Virus record (IMG/VR): IMGVR_UViG_3300025066_000087
Coordinates: 1 to 34,008 of that record
DNA from: a virus
Lineage: Duplodnaviria > Caudoviricetes
Reading direction: 5' to 3' (one strand)
Length of the DNA stretch: 34,008 nt
Made by a program: the position numbers and the translations under genes. The notes under the pieces were generated by a model, which was given only the letters and a program-made list of their open reading frames with translations, ran no database searches and was not told the origin of the DNA. Numbering within the stretch: the stretch's first letter is position 1; each line of letters begins with the position of its first letter. Below are positions 1 to 9,708 of the stretch, piece after piece.

Positions 1-2478
1 CTGTCGCAGGCCTGGGTCGGGCGCGGCGCCTCTGCACCCGAGGATGACCCCGGGCTCGACGCCACAGAGGCCCTCGCGATTGCTTGGAGCGAGGGCCCCG
101 TCGCAGGCAACGCGGCCGCCATGGCGATGGACGGAGGCGAACAACTTATTCTTCCGCAAGGCGCTAAACTAATATATGAAGAAAGACAAAAAATAATAAA
201 TAATTCTAAGATTTTAGAAATCAAGCTATACCGCGATCGAGTTAAAAAACAAGCCATAAATAGCAAAAGAGAAAAATGGGCAAATGATACTTCATATGAG
301 GAGCCATCTTATTTGGTTTCTAAATGGGATCCCTCTGTAGACGTCCCCGGTGACTCTATTAAACAAGGTCTTGTTAAGATCGAAGGGCTAATGGGCTCCA
401 CAAATGAGACGCCCTTTTATGAATTCTGTGATAAAAACATAGCAGATCTGGCCACAGGACAGTACCAATATAGACTAGAAGTCGTTTTTGAAGATGCTTC
501 ATACTCATATTTAAGTGATCTTTTGAGAGAGATTGTACAAGTTAAGGGTCTTCTAACAGAGTATTATCAGTTTGCTGCAGGTAACTATAATAAGGGAAAC
601 ATAAATCTCGTCAAGGTGACGAAGGTGGGGGATGTAGGAGCTGAGAGGCTAAAAAAAGATTGGAGGCCCTACTATGATAATAAATCGAATGCTTTCGCAG
701 GACAGTTTATGATAGATCTAGAATCTAATAGTAGACTCAAAATAATGACTGAAGATACGACCCCCATTATTACTATGCTGAAAAAAGTAAAATATATTTT
801 TGGCCTCTCAAGTATAGCCGATGTGGGAACAATAACAAATCTTATTAGCCCAGTAAACGGAAATCCGCAAGGTATTAATTTTGTTATTAGTTTTACTGAG
901 ACAGTGATAAAAAAACTTGAAGATTTGCTTGATGTAACAAAACTTAACAAAACAGGATCCGAGCTAGCTAGTAAAACTCTAGCTAATGGCTATAATTATA
1001 ATAATTTTTATGATGTTACTGTCTCTCCTACAGATAATTTAATTCACGAAGAGCACACTTTTTACAATTTGTTTGAGGGCTCTTCAAACAAGGATATATA
1101 TGTTGAGTATCTTAAAATTAAAGAAGATTGGTCCTCAGGTACTATTTCATCCCCCGCCCTAGGTGACCCCAATCGGCCGACTGGCTTAAGAAAAGTTAGT
1201 GTTGACGAATATATAACCAGGTGCGTACTAGAAACAGCAAAGTTTTATGGTGGTACCGTCGCCACCTCCCAATTGGGAGGTGGCGCAGGCGGCCTGTGGG
1301 CAAAGTTCGCGACGCCGAGCGCGAACTTTGCCACTGCCTTCGCAGCGCTCGGCCTGCCATCCGACCCCGCCCCGTCGCTGGCGACCATGGGGTGTTCCTT
1401 TTTGGCTCCTTCAATAATAGAAATTTCGGACTCTCTCTCGGGCGTTGAAAAAAACCCAGATTTTGTATATCACGTATTTACCAAGCTCGCGTCCTCGCTT
1501 ATCAAAAATGGCAACGATAACTTAGTCACGACTTCGGAGTTCGGGGATATAGGGTCCAGCGAGCAGCTGTTGATAGCAGCTATAAATCACGCGATAAACA
1601 AGGAAACAAATCCTCATGCTGATTTGTTGGACTCCATAACTCTGGGCCCACACAACTGGCAAACAAGCCAGAAGGCCGCGGCCCGCAATAAACTTAAGGT
1701 AAGAGAGGCTTACAAAAATATTTTTAAAAATTTTGGAATGCAGATACATTCGCCTTCAAATTTTGCAAAATTTTATAACTATGATTTTTCAAAGCGTCCT
1801 GGCGTCATCGGTCCCGATGAGCCAGATGCAGAAGAATATCATACTGAAAGCAGTGACCCGGGTCTGCATATAAAGAGCGATTATTCAGACGGCACCGTCG
1901 ACACTTCCGTGTGGTTCCGTGAACTCCTTTCCAACCCGAACATAAAAGACTTTATAAAATATTCGGAGAAGAAAACTATTGTTCCTGATTCTGATTATAC
2001 AGCTACCCTATTACCAAATATTATAGTGTTTTTAACCGCGGGGTGGTCCGGCGTCGCCGGAGCGTATTTGAAAGATACTTTTAAGGACAACCTAGGTATA
2101 GGCCTTGAATATGAATCGGGTCTTTCAATGACCGGTAACGAACTCACTGCAGAAAATGCAGGTTTTAGATTCGTGAATATAGATCTATTAGCGGGGATAG
2201 AGGTATATGATCCATATAGCGCCGTCACCGCCAGTCTCCCGGGCTTCGGCTCGGCAACAAAGTCCCGCATAGCAAAAGACGATGGAACTTCTTGGAGACC
2301 GATAACTAAAGAAGACATAACCAATATACAACAACAATCCGGAGGAGACTGGGGTACTAGCGGCCTAGGCACCACGACAGCTTTAAAACTGCTTTGTCGT
2401 ATTAAATTGTTTGAAGAAGCTAGAACTTCTGGATTGCACCTACCGATGTTAGATAAATATTTTATTATAACTAACTAA
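1..2478 (+). CDS. Large hypothetical protein, probably virion structural (5'-truncated by window edge)
   Basis: Frame 1 is open from base 1 (CTG TCG CAG...) through the ATG at 121 to TAA at 2478, so the real start lies upstream. No catalytic motif recognised; the structural call comes from context. Confidence 0.6.
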   Translation: MSQAWVGRGASAPEDDPGLDATEALAIAWSEGPVAGNAAAMAMDGGEQLILPQGAKLIYEERQKIINNSKILEIKLYRDRVKKQAINSKREKWANDTSYEEPSYLVSKWDPSVDVPGDSIKQGLVKIEGLMGSTNETPFYEFCDKNIADLATGQYQYRLEVVFEDASYSYLSDLLREIVQVKGLLTEYYQFAAGNYNKGNINLVKVTKVGDVGAERLKKDWRPYYDNKSNAFAGQFMIDLESNSRLKIMTEDTTPIITMLKKVKYIFGLSSIADVGTITNLISPVNGNPQGINFVISFTETVIKKLEDLLDVTKLNKTGSELASKTLANGYNYNNFYDVTVSPTDNLIHEEHTFYNLFEGSSNKDIYVEYLKIKEDWSSGTISSPALGDPNRPTGLRKVSVDEYITRCVLETAKFYGGTVATSQLGGGAGGLWAKFATPSANFATAFAALGLPSDPAPSLATMGCSFLAPSIIEISDSLSGVEKNPDFVYHVFTKLASSLIKNGNDNLVTTSEFGDIGSSEQLLIAAINHAINKETNPHADLLDSITLGPHNWQTSQKAAARNKLKVREAYKNIFKNFGMQIHSPSNFAKFYNYDFSKRPGVIGPDEPDAEEYHTESSDPGLHIKSDYSDGTVDTSVWFRELLSNPNIKDFIKYSEKKTIVPDSDYTATLLPNIIVFLTAGWSGVAGAYLKDTFKDNLGIGLEYESGLSMTGNELTAENAGFRFVNIDLLAGIEVYDPYSAVTASLPGFGSATKSRIAKDDGTSWRPITKEDITNIQQQSGGDWGTSGLGTTTALKLLCRIKLFEEARTSGLHLPMLDKYFIITN
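1260..1385. repeat. Cluster of inverted repeats inside the CDS
   Basis: Perfect 26-bp palindrome CGCCACCTCCCAATTGGGAGGTGGCG (1260-1285); CAGGC-G-GCCTG (1286-1296); 13-bp stem GGCAAAGTTCGCG/CGCGAACTTTGCC with 8-nt loop (1299-1332); GTCGC-TG-GCGAC (1374-1385). Confidence 0.95.
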
Positions 2479-2501
2479 AGACTGATAAGAAGAGGTAAAT
2501 T

Positions 2502-5500
2502 ATGGCAGAAGATTATGAAATAGTTGGAAAAAGAAAAAGAGTAATAGATGAATCGGCATTTTTCAATGCTAAAAGAACAAATTCTGATTTTACAATATTA
2601 CACCAATCTTTAGGAGAAAACGTCCACCACGGAACATATTTCAACTCTTCTACAGCTGTCGACAAGGTGCGTGTCGTCACTGCAAGAATTTGGGACTATC
2701 ACCAGGACTCTGCACAACCCTTTAATAATTATTTTGACAAATTCAAATCTTTTGGCGATCAGCCAATTGAATTTCATCCTCCTTTAAATGGATCCACCGA
2801 TGGGTCCAGCGATTCAGACCAAGAAGGCTGCAGCGCCCCATGGGAAGATTCTGAAAACCCTTTAATATTACATCAAACAGTTGTTATAAAATCTAAACCC
2901 GTTACACTAGAATCAGGCGCAGTTAATGCCAACACCATGATGCTTAATTGGCTAGCTTACGTGAAAGCCGGCCTCCAGGGAATTCCAAGTTCAGGCACTG
3001 GGTATGCCCCCGTTATTAAAGCTGATTATTATTTTCATGATCATTATCATTCTACGTTTATACCGTTCACTCCTCTGGAGTTAGAAAAGAAACAACCTGC
3101 CGGCAAGGCTTATTACGCTGATTATAAGACATATTACAATGAAAGATTAGACAGCAAACCATTTGAAAGCGCGTTGGCCAGTCGACCTAACATAAATAAC
3201 TCCATCCCCAGTATATATGGTTTTTTGCGCCTTGTAAAAAATGATTTACTGTTGGAAGATGGGAATTTTGAATTAACCAAACTGTTAGAATATATGAATG
3301 CATGGAGAACACCTTCGGGACAGGCGACAAAACCCATGGGATCGAAGAGCACGAAGAATCGGACTAAAAAAAATGTATATCAGACTCTGTTCCAGAAATA
3401 TCCTCTAGAAACTGCAATTCTTTTATATGGCGCCATAAGCATGTATTCAACAGAACAACTAAACAACGATACAAACCGAGTTAATAACCAGATACTAGAA
3501 AAAATTATTAGTCTTGATTTTTCCAAACATGACGCTAGCGCACTATTTGAAGACTATTTTGATACTTTTTCTGCAATGATTACAGGCAACTCAGGCAACG
3601 AGGGGGCTGGATATTCATGGATCCATGGAGCGTCGGTCGCCCGTCGATATAGCAAAATCCAAGCTTTAGAAAGAATAATGAGCAAGATTGCTTTTAGTCC
3701 TAATTTCATTCCGATTATGGATAAGGTTGATCAATATAAAAAATATTTTCCTTATTATGTTGATCTACAATTTACAGCAAAGAGGCTCACAAGTATAGGC
3801 GATTTAATGAAGGATCTTTTTTTGACGAGATATCTGTCCTATAAGGCCATGGCTTCTAAATGGAACCCCGCAGATCCACATCCATATCGGTATGGAATTC
3901 AAGATGACTGGAACCCGGGCGGATCCTACCCGGACCATTGGGATGAAGTCCCTGATCTGGGGCCGCCCAAAAAATTTATAGAATATTCAGAAGAAAAAAT
4001 ATACAAAGACATAAAGCATGCTGAGCTGGATTATGATGAACATGTGTTAACTGAGCCAAATGTAAAAAAGACGCTTGATTTACAAAGAACTATGGGCAAC
4101 TTTATTGACAACTCGAAGGCCTGGGCCAGCTGGCAAGCCGCCGGCCCCGATGCTTTGTGGCCACACAAAGATGCCGACTACCCGTCCACCTCCGATGACG
4201 AATTTTACGGAGATGTTAGAAATTACGTAACTTTTGTACGAGATGATTTTAAAGATCCAGTTAAATTAATTAGTGATGAGAATACTGTATTTAGAACACT
4301 GTGCGGCGCCGCTTTCTATGCCAAGATTCTTAAGATTTATAAAAACAATAGAAGAAGCTATTTTGATATTCTAAAAGGTAAGCCGGCATATACTGAGGAC
4401 GTATTTTATAAAATTGTAAAATACAAAAAAGATCGAACAGAGGGCGCCGAATGGACAGTGTTGCAAGAAATTTTAATTCCGAACACATCAGAATTAGACA
4501 TAGCTAGATATGTGGATACACAACTAAAATATTCTGATCAGGCAACATACAAATACGATGTTTATACTCTTCGTGCTGTATTCGGAAGTAAATATAAATA
4601 TCGTTGGGGTAGCCAGACTACTGCCGATGGCGCCCCGGGGTTTGATTATGAAGACGTCCACCAAAATTATGGTATGTCAATCTATTCAGAGGCCGGCGCT
4701 CTTCCCCCGGCCCCTGCGCCCGGGCAGGGATTTGACTTCGCCCCGTATTTCACCGGCCTCACAATCACCGAGAATTCTAGTAATGAAACATTTAATTTTA
4801 TAGCTAAATTTCTTGTTACTGTAGAACCATCAATCCAAATAATTGAAGATAAGTTGTTTTCAACTCCAGAAGTTTATATAATGGATAAGCCCCCTATGCC
4901 TCCTGATGTTAATATCGTACCCTATCGGGCTGTGAGCGATAAATTAAAATTTATTTTTACCGGAACGTCTGGTAGAATGAAGGAAAAACCAATTTTAATT
5001 CTTAATAGTGATAAAGAGAAATTTGATTTGGTAAAGAAATCACAATTAGTTTTCCCATTGGCCGGCACTGATGACAACCTCGATGCTCCGGTGGAGTTCG
5101 CTAACGATGATCCGGTTACTAGATTTCAGATATTCAGGACACGCAATAAACCTAGTTCCTTCCAAGACTTTGAATTATATAAAGATTTTATACCAGCAGT
5201 TTTTGAAGAAACTATATTACCAAATACTAAATATTACTATACATTTAGAGCAATTGACGACCACAACCATATATCAAATCCATCGCCTATTTATGAGGTA
5301 GAGCTTATAGATGAAAAAGGAGCAGTCAAGCCTCTTATAAATCTTTTCAATTTTGAGCCCAGCTGGCCAAAGACTTATATGAGAGAGTGTCAAAAATATA
5401 TATATATTAAACCAAATTTAAAACAATTATATTTTTCTGAAGATGAAGAGGTAGATGGAATATTTTCTACACAGAATAAAAAGAAAAGATATAAGTTGAG

Positions 5501-5576
5501 ATTGGTGTCAAAAGGGACTGGAAAGAAGATAGATATTAATTTTTCGTATGAGAAAAAAATTGATGAAGATCAATAA
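2502..5576 (+). CDS. Large hypothetical virion protein (1024 aa) with a C-terminal FN3/Ig-like beta segment
   Basis: Long ORF with SD-like AAGAGG upstream. C-terminal 'ILPNTKYYYTFRAID...SNPS' resembles fibronectin type III strands. Confidence 0.55.
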   Translation: MAEDYEIVGKRKRVIDESAFFNAKRTNSDFTILHQSLGENVHHGTYFNSSTAVDKVRVVTARIWDYHQDSAQPFNNYFDKFKSFGDQPIEFHPPLNGSTDGSSDSDQEGCSAPWEDSENPLILHQTVVIKSKPVTLESGAVNANTMMLNWLAYVKAGLQGIPSSGTGYAPVIKADYYFHDHYHSTFIPFTPLELEKKQPAGKAYYADYKTYYNERLDSKPFESALASRPNINNSIPSIYGFLRLVKNDLLLEDGNFELTKLLEYMNAWRTPSGQATKPMGSKSTKNRTKKNVYQTLFQKYPLETAILLYGAISMYSTEQLNNDTNRVNNQILEKIISLDFSKHDASALFEDYFDTFSAMITGNSGNEGAGYSWIHGASVARRYSKIQALERIMSKIAFSPNFIPIMDKVDQYKKYFPYYVDLQFTAKRLTSIGDLMKDLFLTRYLSYKAMASKWNPADPHPYRYGIQDDWNPGGSYPDHWDEVPDLGPPKKFIEYSEEKIYKDIKHAELDYDEHVLTEPNVKKTLDLQRTMGNFIDNSKAWASWQAAGPDALWPHKDADYPSTSDDEFYGDVRNYVTFVRDDFKDPVKLISDENTVFRTLCGAAFYAKILKIYKNNRRSYFDILKGKPAYTEDVFYKIVKYKKDRTEGAEWTVLQEILIPNTSELDIARYVDTQLKYSDQATYKYDVYTLRAVFGSKYKYRWGSQTTADGAPGFDYEDVHQNYGMSIYSEAGALPPAPAPGQGFDFAPYFTGLTITENSSNETFNFIAKFLVTVEPSIQIIEDKLFSTPEVYIMDKPPMPPDVNIVPYRAVSDKLKFIFTGTSGRMKEKPILILNSDKEKFDLVKKSQLVFPLAGTDDNLDAPVEFANDDPVTRFQIFRTRNKPSSFQDFELYKDFIPAVFEETILPNTKYYYTFRAIDDHNHISNPSPIYEVELIDEKGAVKPLINLFNFEPSWPKTYMRECQKYIYIKPNLKQLYFSEDEEVDGIFSTQNKKKRYKLRLVSKGTGKKIDINFSYEKKIDEDQ

Positions 5577-5626
5577 TGATAACAACAAGCTTGTTTAAAA
5601 AACAAAACAAGAAAATAAAAACATTC

Positions 5627-5640
5627 ATAACTATTTAATA
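5627..5640 (+). promoter_or_regulatory. Putative late promoter motif (ACTATTTA core)
   Basis: ATAACTATTTAATA, identical to 10597-10610, in an intergenic gap about 20 nt before ATG 5660, with the SD AAGGAG in between. Confidence 0.6.
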
Positions 5641-5659
5641 GAGAAAAGGAGTATAACAA

Positions 5660-6865
5660 ATGGCTTTTTTGGATAATTCAGGAGATATTATTCTTGACGC
5701 TGTACTAACAGACACTGGTCGCTTAAGATTAGCTCAGGGCGATGGTAGTTTTAAGATCGCAAAGTTTGCGTTAGGCGACGATGAAATAAATTATGGTTTG
5801 TATAACAAAAATCATGCTAGCGGTAGTGCATACTACGATCTAGAGATATTGCAAACGCCGATATTAGAGGCGTTTACTAATAACTCAGGCCAAATTAAAT
5901 CAAAGTTGATGACAATGAATAGGACTAATGTGCTATACATGCCGACTTTAAGACTAAATCAAGTACATGCAAACGCCACTGGCGGCGCCCAGAAGGCTTC
6001 TTCAAAATTTTTCAGGCGCATGGGCAAAATGTGGACCAACACCACTACCGGTCAACCCGGGTACACAGGCCAAAGCACGACCGGCACCGGTAATCCCAAG
6101 CTAGATAATTCGCCTTCCTTCGAAGGTTTTTATGTTGCAGTTGACGCAGACACTCATTACGCGCTGACGTGGTCCCGCGAAGCGGGCGACACAGGCGCGG
6201 GCTTCGCGCTCGATCCGTCCTCGGAAATTGATGGAGTCTTGATGGGGTATGCCCCCTCTGACAGCGATCCCGGCTATAAAGTTGACGCCACAACTATGAT
6301 TCGTGTGGATCAGGGTTTGAATACAGTCCAGATAAGCCCACAAATAGGTATGGACTCAGATTTATTGGAAACTGCGTACATTGTTGAGATGGATTATAGA
6401 CTTGGAAGAGTTAAAGCCACCAAGAATGCGGACATAGCTCCAGTCAATTTTATTGACGATGATAATATTGCAACCTACTATTTGACTGATAATAAGTTTG
6501 TAAACCCATATCCTGGCAAAGAGCCCTACCTTGAGACCAGGTCGTCCGCGGACGCCTACACCGCGCACAGGGTTCAGACGCATCAAGGCCCCAGAGGTAG
6601 CACTCTGCACTTTAGAATCCAGGCTTCCGCAGAATTACAAAGTTCAACGTATTTGTTCGAACAGCTTGGATTCTCAGAGGCCATCGGCGTAGGTATAGAT
6701 AGCACAATAACTGGATTACAAAATGGCGACGGCGATTCAGACGCTGGAACAGACGCAGCCGTCAATGGTAAAACAACATACTGGTTAGATACAGCTGTGC
6801 GTGTTATCGGAGCAAATACCGGCGCCAGAATCGATATTCCAGTGCGCTTTATAAAAATTCAATAG
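5660..6865 (+). CDS. Putative baseplate/tail-collar structural protein
   Basis: N-terminus 'DAVLTDTGRLRLAQG...IAKFALGDDE' resembles the LT.xG...i..fa.GD start of phage tail-collar/baseplate proteins. Strong SD AAGGAG. Confidence 0.55.
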   Translation: MAFLDNSGDIILDAVLTDTGRLRLAQGDGSFKIAKFALGDDEINYGLYNKNHASGSAYYDLEILQTPILEAFTNNSGQIKSKLMTMNRTNVLYMPTLRLNQVHANATGGAQKASSKFFRRMGKMWTNTTTGQPGYTGQSTTGTGNPKLDNSPSFEGFYVAVDADTHYALTWSREAGDTGAGFALDPSSEIDGVLMGYAPSDSDPGYKVDATTMIRVDQGLNTVQISPQIGMDSDLLETAYIVEMDYRLGRVKATKNADIAPVNFIDDDNIATYYLTDNKFVNPYPGKEPYLETRSSADAYTAHRVQTHQGPRGSTLHFRIQASAELQSSTYLFEQLGFSEAIGVGIDSTITGLQNGDGDSDAGTDAAVNGKTTYWLDTAVRVIGANTGARIDIPVRFIKIQ

Positions 6866-6876
6866 GATAGAAAATT

Positions 6877-7965
6877 ATGGCTAAAACTTTTAAACCATTG
6901 TTGGGAGATGATACAGTAACTACAAGAACTCTTCTTCACGAAGCGATCCCTATTACTGGTACTATAAGCTCCGGAACTTATCAAGCCGGCGGTGCCGGCG
7001 GTACCGAATTAAATATTAAGACCTTCTCTCATGGGATGTATCAATCTGTTTACGATTATCCGTATTTAAGCTCTTCAGCGAATCATATTTTTGATGTATC
7101 TTATGGATGCAGTTCAAATGCAAGCTCTTCTGCAAACACACAGAATGCAAAAAAATTAAATATCTATAATCAAATGGCTCAAGTTTTGCTGGGATACAAT
7201 GTCAGCGGCACTATTCGAAAATTTGAATCTGACGGTACCATCGACGGCGCAGGCCAGATTATGAATCATTGCTTCTTTATTAACAATTCTCGTTTGTTGG
7301 TTAAAGATGAAATCAAAAAAGGTTCTTATAGACTTAAATTATATACTTCTGGCACCGTAGAAGGAAACGGTACCGCTAGAACTGGACTCATAACACTAGG
7401 AGATTATGGTTCTGCAACGGAGTATCGTACATGTCCTGCAGGTGATTATGGGTTGATTTATACTTCCTCCGCAGATACAACTTCGTCAGCGACAAGCACA
7501 GCATGTAAGGGTTTGGTTTTTTATCAAGCCGGGATAGTTACTTTAACCTCCTCATTATTCCTAGAGGAATTCGGCGCGCCAGGAGATGAGACCGCCATTG
7601 GCGGCTATGGCGGCGCCAATACCGGAATTAATCACGCTCAAACATCTTCTACTATAGATAAACTAGCTAATGGCTTTAGGCACATGGTCAATGATATAGA
7701 TTTTAATAACACAATAGAACTAAATTCTGCAATATATTTCTGTCGCGTCAATCATAATGAGTACAATTACAGCGCCAACCCGACATATATTTCTGGTAGC
7801 AAGATTGTTGTTAAAAATAATGTAAGCGATTTACCGGTGAGCTATATTACCTCTGTTGGGCTCTACTCGCCAGACAACGAGCTTCTAGCTGTAGCTAAAT
7901 TGTCAGAACCGATTCGAAAAGATCCGAATACTGAATTAACTTTGAGGGTTAGGCTCGATTACTAA
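6877..7965 (+). CDS. Putative baseplate/tail structural protein (paralog of the next gene)
   Basis: C-terminal 'NYSANPTY...YITSVGLYSPDNELLAVAKLSEPIRK...LRVRLDY' and internal 'IKKGS' and 'GLVFYQAGIVTL' are shared with 7978..9174. Confidence 0.6.
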   Translation: MAKTFKPLLGDDTVTTRTLLHEAIPITGTISSGTYQAGGAGGTELNIKTFSHGMYQSVYDYPYLSSSANHIFDVSYGCSSNASSSANTQNAKKLNIYNQMAQVLLGYNVSGTIRKFESDGTIDGAGQIMNHCFFINNSRLLVKDEIKKGSYRLKLYTSGTVEGNGTARTGLITLGDYGSATEYRTCPAGDYGLIYTSSADTTSSATSTACKGLVFYQAGIVTLTSSLFLEEFGAPGDETAIGGYGGANTGINHAQTSSTIDKLANGFRHMVNDIDFNNTIELNSAIYFCRVNHNEYNYSANPTYISGSKIVVKNNVSDLPVSYITSVGLYSPDNELLAVAKLSEPIRKDPNTELTLRVRLDY

Positions 7966-7977
7966 GGGGGGCAAGAG

Positions 7978-9174
7978 ATGTCGTCACACACCCCACAGTA
8001 TGGAACTTTTCATAAGTTTGAAAAATCTGATATATTTCATAACAGGATTAAGACCTATCCAAAAGTTAGTTTTTTAATTTATTCTAGTTCAATTTATTAT
8101 AATGAAGAGAACCAGAATGCACAAAATTTTCATACACCTAATGGAAAGATTAATTTATATGAACTAAGTACCAATCGTAATTTGGTGTCTTCAAGTACTG
8201 ATCCACAGATGATATATCCTTTCATTACTAAAAATGGATCTTTTTCGAGCTTTAAGACTGTAAGCACAGATTCATTTAATAATGATTTTGTTTATGGTGA
8301 GTCTATAACAGGATCCTATCCACTTCTAGCAGGAATATCTATCGATAGATATGGTACCTCTCTTACTGACGCAAAGAAAAGAGTTGTGTATGCTTTAAAA
8401 TCCACTTTAGATTATCACACAGTGTTAAGCCCTCATTATGCCTACTCTTCTTCCTTAGGAGATAAAAGCTTACAAAAATTAAATATTATTAGTATTCCGT
8501 CTATTTTCTATGGTTCAAGCATAAAGAAGGGTAGTGTAAAATTAAAATATTATCTTACGGGATCATTGTTGGCAGAGGCATCTGATACCAATCGCAACGG
8601 CAACCTTTACCAGACTTCCGGTTCTACTACAGGTAGTGTTGTTGGGGTGGTATTATATAATGAGGGCTTTATTATATTAACAGCCAGTGCGGCCCTATCT
8701 TCAAGTACAGACTATCATGATCCTATGACAGGAGAGCCGCCGAGCCTTCCCAGCCTCACCAACCCTTCTTGGCATTATTTTGGTGCAACCGGGTCAGCTC
8801 AGGGACTTTCTGGTTCAAGCTTTAATTTAGAATTTAATGGTTTAGACTATATTAACACCGTTACAATGTTTGCACATGCTAAGGAAGGACAAAATAATTT
8901 TTCTAATAATCCGACGTTCTTAACAAGAAGTTTTAGCGTTAAGAATTCTATTTCTAGTTCTGTATATTATCACCAAGATACTCAGGTAAAAATTAAAAAT
9001 ATTGTTTCTAGTAGCTATAAAAACTATAGTGCCAGCTTCCAGCCTGTGACCTATATTTCAAAGATCGGCATATATGACAAGGATAGGAATTTAATTGCCA
9101 TCGCGGGCCTCGCCAACCCAGTAAGAAAATTAGAAGAAAGAGGCTATACATTTAAACTCAAGCTAGATATATAG
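7978..9174 (+). CDS. Putative baseplate/tail structural protein (paralog of the previous gene)
   Basis: 'IKKGS', 'GVVLYNEGFIIL', 'NFSNNPTF...YISKIGIYDKDRNLIAIAGLANPVRK...FKLKLDI'. Confidence 0.6.
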   Translation: MSSHTPQYGTFHKFEKSDIFHNRIKTYPKVSFLIYSSSIYYNEENQNAQNFHTPNGKINLYELSTNRNLVSSSTDPQMIYPFITKNGSFSSFKTVSTDSFNNDFVYGESITGSYPLLAGISIDRYGTSLTDAKKRVVYALKSTLDYHTVLSPHYAYSSSLGDKSLQKLNIISIPSIFYGSSIKKGSVKLKYYLTGSLLAEASDTNRNGNLYQTSGSTTGSVVGVVLYNEGFIILTASAALSSSTDYHDPMTGEPPSLPSLTNPSWHYFGATGSAQGLSGSSFNLEFNGLDYINTVTMFAHAKEGQNNFSNNPTFLTRSFSVKNSISSSVYYHQDTQVKIKNIVSSSYKNYSASFQPVTYISKIGIYDKDRNLIAIAGLANPVRKLEERGYTFKLKLDI

Positions 9175-9189
9175 TAGAATATACCTTAC

Positions 9190-9708
9190 ATGATTTTAGG
9201 TTTAGATATAAGCACCAGCATAACAGGTGTCACTGTTTTATCAGAAGATGGCAGTATAGAATATAATTTTGCTATCGATACTAGAAAATATAAAAATTTC
9301 TTTGATAAGATAGAGGTTGTAAAGGATAAATTAGAGAAGTTAATTATTGATCCAGAAGCAATATACATAGAACAATCTTTGCAATCTTTTCGTTCTGGGT
9401 TTTCGTCAGCCAAAACACTTTCTACTTTGGCGCGCTTTAACGGTGTGGTATCTTGGATCTGCTATGAAATCTGGGGCCTTGAGCCACAATATGTAGCTGC
9501 CACCTCTGCTAGAAAACAGTGTGGAATTAGAGTACCTAGGGGCCAAAAGGCAAAAGAGGTTGTTTTAAAATATATTATTGATTCTGTACCAGATGTTCTT
9601 ATAGAATATACTAAGCATGGAAATCCTAAACCGCAATGTTATGACAAGGCGGATAGTTGGGTCGTCGCAAAGGCTGGTTGGCTGCAGTGTCAGAAACTGA
9701 AAAAATAG
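9190..9708 (+). CDS. RuvC-like Holliday junction resolvase (RNase H fold)
   Basis: 'MILGLDISTSITG' (catalytic Asp in strand 1), 'IYIEQ' (catalytic Glu), C-terminal 'DKADS' (DxxD); 172 aa. Confidence 0.85.
   Translation: MILGLDISTSITGVTVLSEDGSIEYNFAIDTRKYKNFFDKIEVVKDKLEKLIIDPEAIYIEQSLQSFRSGFSSAKTLSTLARFNGVVSWICYEIWGLEPQYVAATSARKQCGIRVPRGQKAKEVVLKYIIDSVPDVLIEYTKHGNPKPQCYDKADSWVVAKAGWLQCQKLKK

Noticed and set aside
5584-5595. Intergenic palindrome AACAAGCTTGTT as an operator
   Set aside because: Single occurrence in a palindrome-rich genome; no second copy or regulator was seen.
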